Shown here: piece by piece, positions 63,917-64,000 of the stretch
How the letters are laid out: every line of letters starts with the position of its first letter
Position numbering within the stretch: the stretch's first letter is position 1
Origin: a virus
Length of the DNA stretch: 64,000 bases
Virus record (IMG/VR): IMGVR_UViG_3300014934_000112
Coordinates: 3,769 to 67,768 of that record
Reading direction: 5' to 3' (one strand)
Made by a program: the position numbers and the translations under genes
The notes under the pieces: generated by a model
Database searches by the model: none
The model's input: the letters and a program-made list of their open reading frames with translations, nothing else
Told to the model about the DNA's origin: nothing

Positions 63917-64000
63917 AAACTCTTCTGGATCAATTCCATTGTGTCTCTGCTGGCAATATCTGGAGACTTGCTCGCAATCAGGCGGTGTGAATCGCTTTAT

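Overview
This window looks like ~64 kb of a low-GC (Firmicutes-type) tailed-phage or prophage genome. Ribosome-binding sites are AGGAGG-like, and all but two supported CDS lie on the minus strand; the exceptions are an inverted Dam-methyltransferase fragment and one Cro-like helix-turn-helix gene. There are no capsid or tail genes. The content is a nucleic-acid-metabolism and regulation region: (1) an RNA end-healing/sealing pair, a P-loop polynucleotide kinase fused to an HD phosphohydrolase (partial at the window start) plus an ATP-dependent RNA ligase; (2) a DNA-modification island at 4-10 kb with a PP-loop ATPase and three methyltransferases; (3) anaerobic ribonucleotide reductase NrdD/NrdG and a P-loop kinase; (4) a replication module with NAD-dependent DNA ligase, RecD-like helicase, DnaE-type polymerase III alpha, RecJ-like DHH exonuclease, DnaG-like primase, DnaB-like helicase, Sak4-like ATPase and a putative SSB; (5) two paralogous sigma-70-family factors, a HigA-like HTH protein, a Pol-beta-type nucleotidyltransferase, a DHH/DHHA1 NrnA-like phosphoesterase, a nucleoside 2-deoxyribosyltransferase-like protein and an ADP-ribosylglycohydrolase; (6) a membrane coiled-coil protein followed by a flotillin-like SPFH protein, a radical-SAM enzyme, a Bro-N/KilAC antirepressor, a metallophosphoesterase and a tyrosine recombinase. 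The main discovery candidate is a ~290-bp DNA segment at 6123-6441, bounded by perfect 16-bp inverted repeats, that splits a Dam-family N6-adenine methyltransferase gene. In the present orientation the N-terminal (SAM-binding) part is on the minus strand and the C-terminal (DPPY) part on the plus strand; flipping the segment would rebuild one in-frame full-length gene, which is the signature of an inversion-based ON/OFF switch. Two further observations are both seen directly in the sequence. All three methyltransferase genes carry ATA where the start codon is expected, 3-5 codons before conserved motif I. A tRNA-like gene with a CAU anticodon is interrupted by a 67-nt intervening sequence in the anticodon loop. 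Other points of interest are a 51-bp exact repeat upstream of two distant genes, a plus-strand small-RNA candidate with a near-consensus promoter and intrinsic terminator, and several single-base frameshifts at A/T runs in conserved genes.
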